Shown one piece after another: positions 29,576 to 40,285 of a stretch of 64,000 nucleotides of DNA (the first letter of the stretch is position 1; the number at the start of each line of letters is the position of its first letter). The stretch is from an uncultured Mycoplasmatota bacterium (GTDB lineage: Bacteria > Bacillota_I > Bacilli_A > RF39 > UBA660), in assembly GCA_947574255.1 (NCBI GenBank), contig CANPJT010000001.1:4554-68553 (forward strand), read 5' to 3'. The notes under the pieces are model-generated. The model searched no databases. It had not been told where the DNA came from and saw only the letters and a list, made by a program, of their open reading frames with translations. The position numbers and the translations under genes are program-made.

Positions 29576-31090
29576 TTATTCTTTTTCTTTAATTAATAAA
29601 CTTTTACTTTCCTTCATCTCTTTTGGAATTGTTATATCCATGTATTCTAATATAGTTGGAGCAATATTAGTTAAATCTCCTGTTTCTTCTAATTTAATAT
29701 TATTATCAGTAATTATAAATGGTACTTTAGCAGTAGTATGAGTAGTTACTATATTATCATTTTCATCAAGCATCTTATCCACATTGCCATGATCAGCGGT
29801 GATAATTACTTTATAAAAATTATTTTCTGCTTCTTCTATTAATTTTCCTAAACACATATCAACAGTAATAACTGCTTTTACAGCAGCATCATAATTTCCT
29901 GTATGACCTACCATATCTGGATTAGCAAAATTAACTAAAATAAAATCAACATCTTTTTGCATACAAAATATTGTTCTTTTGGTTACATCAACCGCACTCA
30001 TTCTAGGATCTAAGTCATATGTTTTTATTTTTAATGAAGGTATTAAGTATTTATTACAATTTTCAAGATTGCCATTATATTCTCCATCAAAAAAATAAGT
30101 AACATGAGCATATTTTTCAGTTTCAGCAATTCTAGCTTGTGTAAGACCTAATTTAGATAAATATATTCCTAAGGGATTTTCTATTTTTTTATTTTCTAAA
30201 AAAGTAATAGTAGGAATCTTTTTATCAATTGTAACAAATGAATATACTTGGAGATTATTATATTTTTTAACTGGAAATTTATCATATTTTGGATTTACAA
30301 AACAATCTATAATTTGTTTAGCTCGATCAGTTCGATAATTCATCCATATCAAAATATCATTATCTTTTATTATTCCTTCTGGTTCTACTAATATAGGTGG
30401 TAAAAATTCATCGGTAACTTTCTTTTGATAACTTTTCTCAAGAACTTTTTTTATATCATTTGTTTTAAGTCCTTTACCAAGTGCAACTAAGTCATAATAA
30501 TATTTGGTTCGGTCTAATTTATTATCACGATCCATAGCAGTATATCTTCCACAAATGGTTGCTATTTTACCAATTTTTGTTTCTGCTAATTTATCTTCTA
30601 AACGCTTAATATATTTATAAGCAGAGGTGATACTTGTGTCTCTTCCATCTGTGATTACATGAAAATATATTTCTTTTATATCACTATTTATTAAATGATT
30701 ATATAATTTAAAAAAATGCTCAATATCACTGTGGACTAAACCATCACTAAAAAGCCCCATTATATGAACTCTGGAGTTATTTTCTTTTATATGCTCTATC
30801 ATATTTTTATATTTTTCATTTTCATCTATTAATTCATCTAAAAAGTTATGCATACGATCAATATCTTGAACTAATTTTCTTCCTGCCCCAATTGTCATGT
30901 GTCCAACCTCACTATTACCAAATTGCCCAGGTAATAAACCTATTGCTTCTTCGGAGGCAGCAAGTGTTGAATGGGGATATTTTTTCCATAATTCATAAAA
31001 ATTTTTAGGATCTGCTTCCATAAGAGCATTCCCATGACTCTCTTCGCTCAAGCCAAACCCATCTAATATTATAGTTAATATCTTTTTCAT
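29576..31090 (-). CDS. gpmI: 2,3-bisphosphoglycerate-independent phosphoglycerate mutase
   Basis: 504 aa with iPGM metal-binding motifs (DGFG, SEVGHM, ADHGN). Confidence 0.9.
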   Translation of the reverse strand: MKKILTIILDGFGLSEESHGNALMEADPKNFYELWKKYPHSTLAASEEAIGLLPGQFGNSEVGHMTIGAGRKLVQDIDRMHNFLDELIDENEKYKNMIEHIKENNSRVHIMGLFSDGLVHSDIEHFFKLYNHLINSDIKEIYFHVITDGRDTSITSAYKYIKRLEDKLAETKIGKIATICGRYTAMDRDNKLDRTKYYYDLVALGKGLKTNDIKKVLEKSYQKKVTDEFLPPILVEPEGIIKDNDILIWMNYRTDRAKQIIDCFVNPKYDKFPVKKYNNLQVYSFVTIDKKIPTITFLENKKIENPLGIYLSKLGLTQARIAETEKYAHVTYFFDGEYNGNLENCNKYLIPSLKIKTYDLDPRMSAVDVTKRTIFCMQKDVDFILVNFANPDMVGHTGNYDAAVKAVITVDMCLGKLIEEAENNFYKVIITADHGNVDKMLDENDNIVTTHTTAKVPFIITDNNIKLEETGDLTNIAPTILEYMDITIPKEMKESKSLLIKEKE

Positions 31091-31173
31091 TAATCATCAC
31101 CATTTATAAAAATAATACTAACATATAAAAAATAAAAACTCAATTAGCTAAACTAATTAAGTTTTATCGTTTA

Positions 31174-32367
31174 TTAATTAACTTTTAATTTAATAGGTGA
31201 AGCACTTGTGCCTGTTCCTCCATTTTCTATTCCTATATCCGATTTTAAATATATTGATGGCCGAATGGCATATGTAGTAGTAGTTCCTGTTTTTCCAACC
31301 TTTCCACTCGATCCTACATATAAAACTTGGTACCCATTAAGAGAGGTTGGTGTTATCGTCCATTGGGTACTACTATTATACAACCAGTCATTGTTCTTAC
31401 AATCACTTACTCCACTTCCATTCCATGTACCTAAACTTGTATGTATACATGTATCTCTATTTGTTTTACTCCCGCCATTAGTAGCATATCCATATTCTGA
31501 TGGATACATTAAACCAACATGGCCTGTCCATTTTACGGGATTATTATTATATGAATAATTTCCTTTTTCATAACCAGACAAATATGTAAGTTCAGTTAAA
31601 CTATTAGGTATTCCACCGATACTCCATACGACTTCACTTATCATATTCTTAGCATCATTTGTTAATCCAGTATCACTAAAATCACATGATTTTGTTGCTC
31701 CATTACTTCCACTTGGGCAATCTCCGCTTGTTCTATTATAATATGCGCCTTCATTTAATACTTTCTGAAGTTCACTATCCGTCCAATTATTACTTCCTTC
31801 AATACTTGTTGATGATCCTGTTCCATCTGGTTTGTTATCCCATGCATAACTTCCGATACTTTCACTTCTTATTAGTTTAACTTTATCACTCTTAGTTCCA
31901 TCGGGATTTTCGATACCTTTCATTACTCCTATTATTCGCCATAACTCTCCATTAAATTGCACATAATTATTTGGATTTGCTCCTATATATCTTAATTCGC
32001 CAGATACATCTTTTACTATTTCATTAGAATAGTTAGACATCATTTTTACATAATCTATTAGTGTTCCTTCATATGTAAAATCAATATTACAACTTATTTC
32101 ATTATTATTATTTGAGTTTATATTTACTAGTCCCCATAAATCATTGCTCCATTCTGCTGTTACTCCATTTTCACATGTTACATTATTTGTACTTGATTTT
32201 AATCCACTTTCCTTTGTAGGGAAACTATCCTTTACTTTTATTCCATTAATTGTATAAGCTATTTCGTTTGTTTGTTTTATCTTCTTTATTTTGCTATAGT
32301 TATCCTCATATAAGTTATCTTTCTTATATAAGACTACTATACCCCCCCCAGTAGTGCTACTGCACAT
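31174..32367 (-). CDS. Secreted G/S/T/N-rich surface protein. As sequenced, its signal-peptide start codon is out of frame because of a G8 tract (phase-variable or frameshifted).
   Basis: Long ORF begins MCSSTTGGG. Upstream ATG (32423..32421, RBS AGAGGG) encodes MRLKNFKKNQKLKRTLLALCAVALLGGV*, a typical signal peptide that stops just after the G8 run. A run of G9 or G6 would fuse it in frame to a 415-aa preprotein. Confidence 0.6.
   Translation of the reverse strand: MCSSTTGGGIVVLYKKDNLYEDNYSKIKKIKQTNEIAYTINGIKVKDSFPTKESGLKSSTNNVTCENGVTAEWSNDLWGLVNINSNNNNEISCNIDFTYEGTLIDYVKMMSNYSNEIVKDVSGELRYIGANPNNYVQFNGELWRIIGVMKGIENPDGTKSDKVKLIRSESIGSYAWDNKPDGTGSSTSIEGSNNWTDSELQKVLNEGAYYNRTSGDCPSGSNGATKSCDFSDTGLTNDAKNMISEVVWSIGGIPNSLTELTYLSGYEKGNYSYNNNPVKWTGHVGLMYPSEYGYATNGGSKTNRDTCIHTSLGTWNGSGVSDCKNNDWLYNSSTQWTITPTSLNGYQVLYVGSSGKVGKTGTTTTYAIRPSIYLKSDIGIENGGTGTSASPIKLKVN
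32342..32349. repeat. G8/C8 homopolymeric tract at the signal-peptide/mature-protein junction
   Basis: tatACCCCCCCCAgtag on the plus strand. G/C 8-mers are rare in a genome of about 27% GC. Confidence 0.9.
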
Positions 32368-32515
32368 AGAGCTAGGAGGGTTCTCTTTAATTTTTGATTT
32401 TTCTTAAAATTTTTTAATCTCATTTTTATCCCTCTTTCTATTATTTAGATTATATCATTTATCTTTTTATTTAACAATTAAAAAACTAGGAACTTTATTA
32501 TCCTAGTAGCAAAAA

Positions 32516-33274
32516 TTATCTTTTTCTAGATATTACACTAAATTTTTCTTCTAAAATTTCCATACATGCATCCGCATATTCACAAGCACCTTTTATTTCA
32601 TACCATTTTAACCAACCATTATAAGTTCCAAAAACATTTCTGTAATCTATCTCATCAGTATATTGATAATAATCTAAAATATCTTTTAAAAGAAAGGCTT
32701 GAGCTTCGATAGATTTATATGGATCATATCGTAAATCATCAGATGTAAAACCTAAATTTTCTTCTATATATTTATGATTTATTTCATTAATTTGAGTTAA
32801 TCCATAATCATTTGTAGATGAGATAATCCCATTTGTATGCCATCTTCCCCCTGATTCTCTTTCAATTATTACCATTATTATTTCAAATGGAACATTATAT
32901 TTTTCACTTATTTGAAAGATATAATCTTGCATTTCTTCAGAACAAGCGAAATCATAATATATAGTTTGTTTTTCTTCAACTATATTTTCAGTTTGCTCTA
33001 TTGGAGTCAAACATTTTAATAATTCCGCTGCAATACCCGCACATCCTTTATATGGCTTTATATCTTGTAGTGTTTTTTTCATATTTATATCTGCTAATAC
33101 TTTTGATGGTTCTTCATTTAATGTATCCATAACATTTTCTTTAACATTTAAAGCTTTTATATCTTTTTCTTCATTATTCATACTCATAACACGAGCTGTC
33201 ATACTTAAAGTATATAAATATAATAATAAATATTTTTTTTGCTTATAAAAAATTTTTTCTTTTTTATTAGACAT
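32516..33274 (-). CDS. Lytic transglycosylase (SLT domain) protein, secreted
   Basis: ERESGG...NDYGLTQIN matches the SLT catalytic region. Hydrophobic N-terminus. Confidence 0.65.
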   Translation of the reverse strand: MSNKKEKIFYKQKKYLLLYLYTLSMTARVMSMNNEEKDIKALNVKENVMDTLNEEPSKVLADINMKKTLQDIKPYKGCAGIAAELLKCLTPIEQTENIVEEKQTIYYDFACSEEMQDYIFQISEKYNVPFEIIMVIIERESGGRWHTNGIISSTNDYGLTQINEINHKYIEENLGFTSDDLRYDPYKSIEAQAFLLKDILDYYQYTDEIDYRNVFGTYNGWLKWYEIKGACEYADACMEILEEKFSVISRKR

Positions 33275-33373
33275 AAAATCTCCCCCTCTTTAAGCGAGCA
33301 TATTATAAACTTTCTCTCTACCATTTGTCAATCAAAATTTTTAAACAATAAAAAAAAGATAATTTTTATTATC

Positions 33374-34153
33374 TTAAGCAAAAACTATATCTTTTTTTAA
33401 TCTTAAATTATCTGCAAGTGTTGCAATAAATTCAGAATTAGTTGGCTTACTACGGTCATAATCAACACTATGGCCAAATAATTCTTCCATTAAATCGTAA
33501 TCTCCTCTAGACCAGCTAACTTCAATAGCGTGTCTTATTGCTCTTTCAACACGTGAAGCTGTTGTATCAAAGCGAATGGCTATTTCAGGGTATATTGATT
33601 TTGTTATCCCACCTATCATATCAGGATTTTCATACATCATGTATACACTTTCTCTTATATATTGATATCCTTTAATGTGAGAAGGTATTCCTAAAGAATG
33701 CAATAATTTACTTATTTCTAATTCTACTTTGTTACTTTTTTGCTCTTTTTCTTCAGGTGAATTTATAATTTGTAAAATTCTTTTTTCTAAAACATTATTA
33801 TCTATTGGTTTTATCATATAATAATCAACATCAAATTGACTTACCATCTTAATTGTTGTTTCTTTTTTATAACTTGTTAAAACAATTACATTCTTATTAA
33901 TATTTTGTTTTTTCATTTCTTCCAAAATACTAATACCATCAATTTCTGGCATTATAATATCCATCAGAATTAGATCAAATTCTTTGTTATGATTAATAAT
34001 ATAATCTAGTCCTTCTTTCCCATTATTAATTGCTTTAACTATATTGATTACTGCGTGACTACTAAAATACTCCTTTGCGTTGTTTATAACTGATTTATTA
34101 TCATCAATTACAAGAACATTTATACTTGTTTTCATATTTTCTCCCTTTTTCAT
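33374..34153 (-). CDS. spo0A: Sporulation master regulator Spo0A
   Basis: Receiver domain (VLVIDDN...DLILMDIIMP) plus the Spo0A-specific C-terminal domain (HIKGYQYIRESV...ITKSIYPEIA...TASRVERAIRHAIEVSW). Confidence 0.85.
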   Translation of the reverse strand: MKKGENMKTSINVLVIDDNKSVINNAKEYFSSHAVINIVKAINNGKEGLDYIINHNKEFDLILMDIIMPEIDGISILEEMKKQNINKNVIVLTSYKKETTIKMVSQFDVDYYMIKPIDNNVLEKRILQIINSPEEKEQKSNKVELEISKLLHSLGIPSHIKGYQYIRESVYMMYENPDMIGGITKSIYPEIAIRFDTTASRVERAIRHAIEVSWSRGDYDLMEELFGHSVDYDRSKPTNSEFIATLADNLRLKKDIVFA

Positions 34154-34254
34154 ATTTATTTACTGCACGCAACTTTATTATAAAAAATTGGAGAGAAAAA
34201 TACTAGATTTTATTTTGTCTTTTGTTGTAAATTTCTGTAAAACTTTGTCGATTT

Positions 34255-34956
34255 TTAAAACTTTACAGCTATTTTTAATATATTTTCAGGTTTATTTGCA
34301 CAATTACCTAGTAGATAACCATCTAAATTGTCGATTTTTACTAATTTATCAAAGTTTTCAATATTAATACTTCCACCATATACAAAATCAACTTTAATGT
34401 CATATTCACAATTAATATATTGCTTTAGTTTTTTTATGATATTTTTAAGGGCACTAGCATTAATAACATCTTCTTTATTAATCGCCCAGCATGGTTCATA
34501 AGCAATAATAATATTTTCCATTTCAGTTCTTATTAATTGATCAAAAATAGATTTTATTTGTCCTTTTAATTTTTCGATTTCATAACCATTTGTTTCTTTA
34601 CCAATACAATAAACTACTTTTATTTGATTTTTAGTAGCATTTTTTATTTTTAAAAGACAAGAGTTTAGTGTTTCTCTTATTTCACAATGATTAATTAATA
34701 CATATGAAACACGCAAACTAGCTAGTTGGTTAGCTAGTATTTCACCTGTATAACTTCCACTTTCATGTTCTGATATAATTTGAGATCCTATTTTATAATT
34801 TGTATCATAAAAAAGGCCTAGGTAAATACTTGAAGGAAATAAAATAAATTCTTTATTTGAATGATTAATACTTTCTAGTTTTTTTTTATATATTAATATT
34901 TCTTTTAGCGTTTTATTTGATTTTAAATTACACATCAAGTACTTCAATTTCTTCAT
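34255..34956 (-). CDS. tpiA: Triosephosphate isomerase (divergent; start probably internal to the listed ORF)
   Basis: NHCEIR (GHSERR-like), IAYEPCWAI (AYEPVWAIG-like) and YGGSI motifs. Confidence 0.7.
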   Translation of the reverse strand: MKKLKYLMCNLKSNKTLKEILIYKKKLESINHSNKEFILFPSSIYLGLFYDTNYKIGSQIISEHESGSYTGEILANQLASLRVSYVLINHCEIRETLNSCLLKIKNATKNQIKVVYCIGKETNGYEIEKLKGQIKSIFDQLIRTEMENIIIAYEPCWAINKEDVINASALKNIIKKLKQYINCEYDIKVDFVYGGSINIENFDKLVKIDNLDGYLLGNCANKPENILKIAVKF

Positions 34957-36139
34957 CCTCCATAATACTATCAATTCCAACTAAATGTCCATAAATAAGG
35001 TACTCTAAGGTAGCTCCTCCACCACAAGAAAGATATGTAAAAGCATCATTAAAACCAAAATGCTTAACTGAACTTACAGAATCTCCACCACCTGCAACAA
35101 CTATTTTACCGCTTTCTTTTAAAATATTTAATATTTCTTTAGTGCCGTTAGAATAGCGATAATCTTCATATACTCCCATTGTTCCATTTAGAAAAATAGT
35201 TTCACTTTCTAAAATAATTTTTTTATATTTTTCAATAGTTTTTATGCCAATATCATAAATTATTTCATTATCACTTATTTCATTTATTTTTTTATATTTA
35301 GTGTAATTTTTATCATAACTGCTTCCAACAATTGCGTCTAAGGGAAGTAAGATTTTTTCACGATTATTTAATAGGATATTTTGAAGTTTTTGAATTGTTT
35401 GATAATTATTAGTTGCCAATGAAGATCCAATATTAAAGTTTAATGCTGCTAAAAAGCTATTAGCAAGACCTCCAGCTAATAATAAATGTTCACATTTAAG
35501 AAGCATTGCTTCTATTAATTCAAGTTTATCTTCTACTTTAGCACCACCCATTATAACAGTAAAAGGCCTTTTAGGGTTCATTAAAAGTTTATCTAAAGCT
35601 GCTAGTTCTCTTTCAACAGAAAATCCTATACAACTGGGTAAAAATTTAGTTATTCCAACAGTTGATGCATGAGCACGATGACATGATGCAAAAGCATCCA
35701 TTACAAATATTTCTCCTAAAGAAGCTAGGAAACTCGCTGCTTGTATATCACAATTACTTTCTAATTTATTAGGTATATCTAAAAATCTAGTATTTTCTAA
35801 AAGTATAATATCTCTTGGTAACATAATTTTAATGCGTTCAGGAAGTTCTGGATCCATTGTGTCATGACTAAAATATATTTCTTGTTTTAATATTTTTTTT
35901 AAATTTTCAGCTACTAATTCTAAAGAATTATTTAATTTATCTTCTTCTTTTTTTATTTTTCCTAAATGACTTAAAATAACAATTTTACAATCGTTTTTGA
36001 GTAAATAATTAATTGTATCTAAACTAGCCATGATTTTGGTATTATCTATTATTTTACCATTTATAATTGGAACATTATAATCAAAACGAACTACAACAGT
36101 TTTTTCTTTAACATCCGTTTTTTCTAATCTTTTTTTCAT
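34928..36139 (-). CDS. pgk: Phosphoglycerate kinase
   Basis: 403 aa, conserved PGK. Confidence 0.9.
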   Translation of the reverse strand: MKKRLEKTDVKEKTVVVRFDYNVPIINGKIIDNTKIMASLDTINYLLKNDCKIVILSHLGKIKKEEDKLNNSLELVAENLKKILKQEIYFSHDTMDPELPERIKIMLPRDIILLENTRFLDIPNKLESNCDIQAASFLASLGEIFVMDAFASCHRAHASTVGITKFLPSCIGFSVERELAALDKLLMNPKRPFTVIMGGAKVEDKLELIEAMLLKCEHLLLAGGLANSFLAALNFNIGSSLATNNYQTIQKLQNILLNNREKILLPLDAIVGSSYDKNYTKYKKINEISDNEIIYDIGIKTIEKYKKIILESETIFLNGTMGVYEDYRYSNGTKEILNILKESGKIVVAGGGDSVSSVKHFGFNDAFTYLSCGGGATLEYLIYGHLVGIDSIMEDEEIEVLDV

Positions 36140-36217
36140 TTTATCACCATTATTCTTAGTATATCAAAAAATAAAAAGTTAATAAATCACTTATCAACTT
36201 TTTATTATAATATATTC

Positions 36218-37222
36218 TTATTTGCCAAACATTTTTTTGGCTGTTCTAAGCATTTGGTTAGTATATCCCACTTCATTATCGTACCAAGAAGCTATTTTTA
36301 TTAGTTGCGTACTTTCCACTTCTAAAATTTTAGTTAATGAGCCATCTACTAAAGATCCGCACTTTTTACCAATGATATCACTTGATACAATTGGATCAAA
36401 AGTTATTTTTAAGGTTTCATTTTGATGATTTATTAAACTATTATTTATTTCCTCTACTGTCACATTTTTATTTAGCTCTAAAACTAAATCTACTAAAGAC
36501 CCATCACTTACAGGAACTCGATAAGCCATTCCATCAATTTTATTATTTAATTCGGGAATTACAACACCAATTGCTTTTAATACTCCAGTTGATGTAGGAA
36601 TAATATTAGCCGCAGCTGCTCTTCCTCTTCTTTCTTTGATTCCTTTTTTATGAGGTATATCGAGCGTTGCTTGATCATTAGTGTAAGCATGTATAGTACT
36701 CATAAATCCTTTTTTTATTCCAAATTCATCATTAATTACTTTAAGAACAGGAGCTAAACAATTAGTTGTACATGAAGCTCCACTAACAATTATATCATCA
36801 TCAGTTAACGTATCGTCATTAACATTATAAACAATGGTTTTGATATCTCCTTTGGCAGGAGCTGAAATAAGCACTTTTTTACTTCCGGCTTTTATATGTT
36901 TATATGCTCCTTCTTTGTTTGTAAATAAACCTGTGCATTCTAATACTAAATCAACATCTAATTCTTTCCAGGGCAAGTTTTCAGGATCGCTTTCTTTATA
37001 TACTTTTATTTTTTTTTCATTAATTATTATTTCATCACCATCAAAATCAATAATATCTTCATGAAATGAGCGATGATTAGTGTCATATTTTAAAAGGTAT
37101 GCTAATTGTTCTGGCTCTGTTAAATCATTAATACCTACTATATCAAAATCAGGACTAGTAATCATTTCTCTAAATGCTACTCTACCAATTCTTCCAAAAC
37201 CATTTATAGCTACTTTAATCAT
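36218..37222 (-). CDS. gap: Glyceraldehyde-3-phosphate dehydrogenase
   Basis: INGFGRIGR NAD-binding motif and SCTTNC active site. Confidence 0.95.
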   Translation of the reverse strand: MIKVAINGFGRIGRVAFREMITSPDFDIVGINDLTEPEQLAYLLKYDTNHRSFHEDIIDFDGDEIIINEKKIKVYKESDPENLPWKELDVDLVLECTGLFTNKEGAYKHIKAGSKKVLISAPAKGDIKTIVYNVNDDTLTDDDIIVSGASCTTNCLAPVLKVINDEFGIKKGFMSTIHAYTNDQATLDIPHKKGIKERRGRAAAANIIPTSTGVLKAIGVVIPELNNKIDGMAYRVPVSDGSLVDLVLELNKNVTVEEINNSLINHQNETLKITFDPIVSSDIIGKKCGSLVDGSLTKILEVESTQLIKIASWYDNEVGYTNQMLRTAKKMFGK

Positions 37223-37237
37223 TTTTAACCTTCTTTC

Positions 37238-38872
37238 CTAACCAATGAATTCTCTTAATATTGAATCTCTTCCTATATATTCACTCGATATTGTATAGAA
37301 TACTTGCATTGAATTAATTAATCTTCTTGCTTCTTCATAAAATGGGGAATCAAACCCTACTGAATATAATAATGGTTCTGCAAATACTTTTAGCACACCG
37401 ACTTCAAAAGCATAAGCGGTGTTGATAACTTTATCAGCTTGATGAATAAATGGGAAAATATATTTTTCTTCTCCATCCCTAACTGTTTGCCATGTTTTAA
37501 TAGTATCAGATATTTTTGTTCCCCTAGTTCTATTATCTCTAACAATACGTCTTAATAATCGTAAATCAACTGTAGAAACATAATTATGACGATCAATGCC
37601 TAAGGAGATAAATGGACTTAAATAAATTTTATATTTATGTTTATTATCAATATCTATAGATAATTCATCATTTAAACAATGTAAACCTTCTATTAATAGA
37701 ATACTTTTTTCCTGCATTTTTATACTAGTGGCATTTCTAGTTTTTTTCTTTGTAATAAAGCTATAAGTAGGTAGATATACTTCTTCTCCATTCATTAATT
37801 TGTTAATATCTTCATTAAACATTTTTACATCAATTGCTTCTAACATTTCATAATTTTCAACTTGCTCACGTTTTATTTCTTTTTCATCTTTATAATAATC
37901 ATCAACAGAAATTGGAATAGGATTATACCCTAATGTTTCTAAATAACTAGATAAACGTTTTGTTGTAGTAGTTTTTCCTGATGATGATGGCCCAGATATT
38001 AAAATTAATTTTAAATCTGCATTATTTTTAATTGTTTTTGCTACTTCAGATATATGATCGTTAAAGGTAAGTTCACTTGCTTTAATAAAATTATCTATTT
38101 TTCCATCACTTACTAAATCATTTATATCAGCAAGATAAGGAACTTTCATTGTTTTTAACCATTCATATCTTTCAATAAAACTATTAATAATGATATCATA
38201 ATGAACATATTCTGGTACTAATCCATCAGTACGAACACTTGGATAAACTATAACAATTTTATTCTTTCCTAAATAAACTAAATCAAATTTATTTATGTTC
38301 TTAGTTTCACAAGGTAATTCAGTATAAAAATAGTTATATTTATCTTTTAGCTTGTAAAAAGTTATAATTTCTTTATTTACAGAATTTATATTTTTGGCTT
38401 TTTCAAATTGATTGTTTTTTTCAAAATAATTAAGAGCCTCTTTTTTTAAAATATTAAATTTTTGAATTGGTTCATTATCACTAATTATTTTAGCCATTTT
38501 TTCTTTTATTTTACTAACATCATCTTTAATAATATTCACTTTCCCTTTAACTTCAGCCATTATTCCTTTAGGGACACTATGTAAAAAGTGAATTTCAGTA
38601 TCAGGAAATATTTCTCTTGCAGCAACACCAAAAATAAATTTTAAAGCGGCTTGGTACATACGATAACCATAAGGATCATTAATATCCACAAAATCTATTT
38701 CACAGTTTTGTTTTATTTTAGTATTCATTGTTACAATAGCATTATTAATACGTGCTCCTAAAATACCATTAGGGCATTCTTTTTGATAAAATTCAGCTAT
38801 TTCATAAACAGTTGTATTAATAGGAAAATTTTGTGTTTTTTTATTTTTAAACGTTATTTTTATTTCTTGCAT
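37238..38872 (-). CDS. TGS-domain / uridine kinase-like (PRK family) fusion protein
   Basis: N-terminal threonyl-tRNA-synthetase-like TGS domain. C-terminal P-loop ISGPSSSGKTT plus uridine-kinase-like core. Confidence 0.7.
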   Translation of the reverse strand: MQEIKITFKNKKTQNFPINTTVYEIAEFYQKECPNGILGARINNAIVTMNTKIKQNCEIDFVDINDPYGYRMYQAALKFIFGVAAREIFPDTEIHFLHSVPKGIMAEVKGKVNIIKDDVSKIKEKMAKIISDNEPIQKFNILKKEALNYFEKNNQFEKAKNINSVNKEIITFYKLKDKYNYFYTELPCETKNINKFDLVYLGKNKIVIVYPSVRTDGLVPEYVHYDIIINSFIERYEWLKTMKVPYLADINDLVSDGKIDNFIKASELTFNDHISEVAKTIKNNADLKLILISGPSSSGKTTTTKRLSSYLETLGYNPIPISVDDYYKDEKEIKREQVENYEMLEAIDVKMFNEDINKLMNGEEVYLPTYSFITKKKTRNATSIKMQEKSILLIEGLHCLNDELSIDIDNKHKYKIYLSPFISLGIDRHNYVSTVDLRLLRRIVRDNRTRGTKISDTIKTWQTVRDGEEKYIFPFIHQADKVINTAYAFEVGVLKVFAEPLLYSVGFDSPFYEEARRLINSMQVFYTISSEYIGRDSILREFIG

Positions 38873-38973
38873 ATCATATCACCCTCTTATTTTAGTATAT
38901 TTTACCATATGTCTATTATTTTGTCATACTTTTTTTGAATAAAAAAATATTTTTTTTACTATTATATTAGTAG

Positions 38974-39546
38974 GTGATTGATTTGAACATTATTCCTACA
39001 GTAGTAGAAAGAAGTAATAATCATGAATATGCTTATGATTTATATTCAAGACTTTTGAAAGATAGAATTGTTTTTTTAACAGGAGAAATTAATGAATCTA
39101 CTGCTAACATTGTTATCAGTGAGCTTTTATATTTAGATTCTTTGTCTCATGAAGAAATATCTCTATATATTAATAGTCCTGGTGGAGAAGTTAGTAGCGG
39201 TTTTGCAATTTTTGACACGATACATTTTATAAAAAGTAATGTAAGAACTATAGTAGTTGGAATGGCTGCTAGCATGGCTGCGTTTCTACTTTCCTCTGGT
39301 GATAAAAGATCGGCTTTAGAAAATGCAGAAGTTATGATTCATCAACCTCTCGGTGGTATTCAAGGACAAGCAACTGATATTAAAATTGTGGCTGATCATA
39401 TATTAAAAATGAAACAAAAACTAATTAAGATAATGGCCAAAAACACAAAACAAAAAGCTTCTGTTATTGAAGCAGATATGGAAAGGGACTTTTACATGAG
39501 TGCAGAAGAAGCGTTAAAATATGGTATTATTGATGAAATATTATAA
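38974..39546 (+). CDS. clpP: ATP-dependent Clp protease proteolytic subunit (GTG at 38974, or the more likely TTG at 38983 with RBS AGGTGA)
   Basis: Catalytic triad context GMAASMAAF (Ser), HQP (His) and Asp. The N-terminus MNIIPTVVE is typical of ClpP. Confidence 0.95.
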   Translation: MIDLNIIPTVVERSNNHEYAYDLYSRLLKDRIVFLTGEINESTANIVISELLYLDSLSHEEISLYINSPGGEVSSGFAIFDTIHFIKSNVRTIVVGMAASMAAFLLSSGDKRSALENAEVMIHQPLGGIQGQATDIKIVADHILKMKQKLIKIMAKNTKQKASVIEADMERDFYMSAEEALKYGIIDEIL

Positions 39547-39549
39547 TAT

Positions 39550-40242
39550 TTAACGTTTTCTAGCAGTGATGATTGGAGAATCTGTCATTCTAGATAAATT
39601 AAGATATTCTTTTTCTACTATAAATCCTGAATTTTCCAATGATTTTGCTTTATCAATTAGGCTGGATATATAATAATGCCAATCTTTTCTACTATAAAAA
39701 TTGAAACTACTACCTGATGTACATTTACAAGTTTGAATAGTAAATTCTTTTTTTTCGTTAACAGCTTTATTTAAAATGGTTTCTAAAGCTTCACATGGGC
39801 AATGTGCAATTAATAAATCAATATTCTGTAAATCTGTTTCTAACGAAAATAAGTTATTTTTTATAGTAACTCCTTTAATTTTCAAGGGTAAACTTACAGG
39901 ATCCATCGCAACAATAATATTTTCCATTTTTTGATTTATAACCAATAAATAGGAAAACGCTGGAATATATCCACTAGCAATTTCTAATATCTTCTTTTTC
40001 GAAATATTGGCATGTTTTTCACATAAATATTTATAAAAATCATAATATGGATTTACATAATCTTCTATTGCATGTAGATAGGTATAGAATTCTAATAAAG
40101 TATCACAAAGAAATTCATTTTCTAAATAAAATTCAGTAAATAAATAATGAACATCTTTAGAAAATAATTCTCTATATTTTAAATAAAATTTTAATATTTC
40201 TTTTCTTTTTTCATTTGTAATTCTATACATTGTTGTCACCAA
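39550..40242 (-). CDS. Hypothetical protein, possible Rossmann/SAM-binding fold with a CPC...CKC cysteine cluster
   Basis: EIASGYIP...AMDP resembles methyltransferase motifs I and II. Weak. Confidence 0.35.
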   Translation of the reverse strand: MVTTMYRITNEKRKEILKFYLKYRELFSKDVHYLFTEFYLENEFLCDTLLEFYTYLHAIEDYVNPYYDFYKYLCEKHANISKKKILEIASGYIPAFSYLLVINQKMENIIVAMDPVSLPLKIKGVTIKNNLFSLETDLQNIDLLIAHCPCEALETILNKAVNEKKEFTIQTCKCTSGSSFNFYSRKDWHYYISSLIDKAKSLENSGFIVEKEYLNLSRMTDSPIITARKR

Positions 40243-40285
40243 TTTGGATATTTTATCATAAAGTTATAAAATTACAACAAATAAT

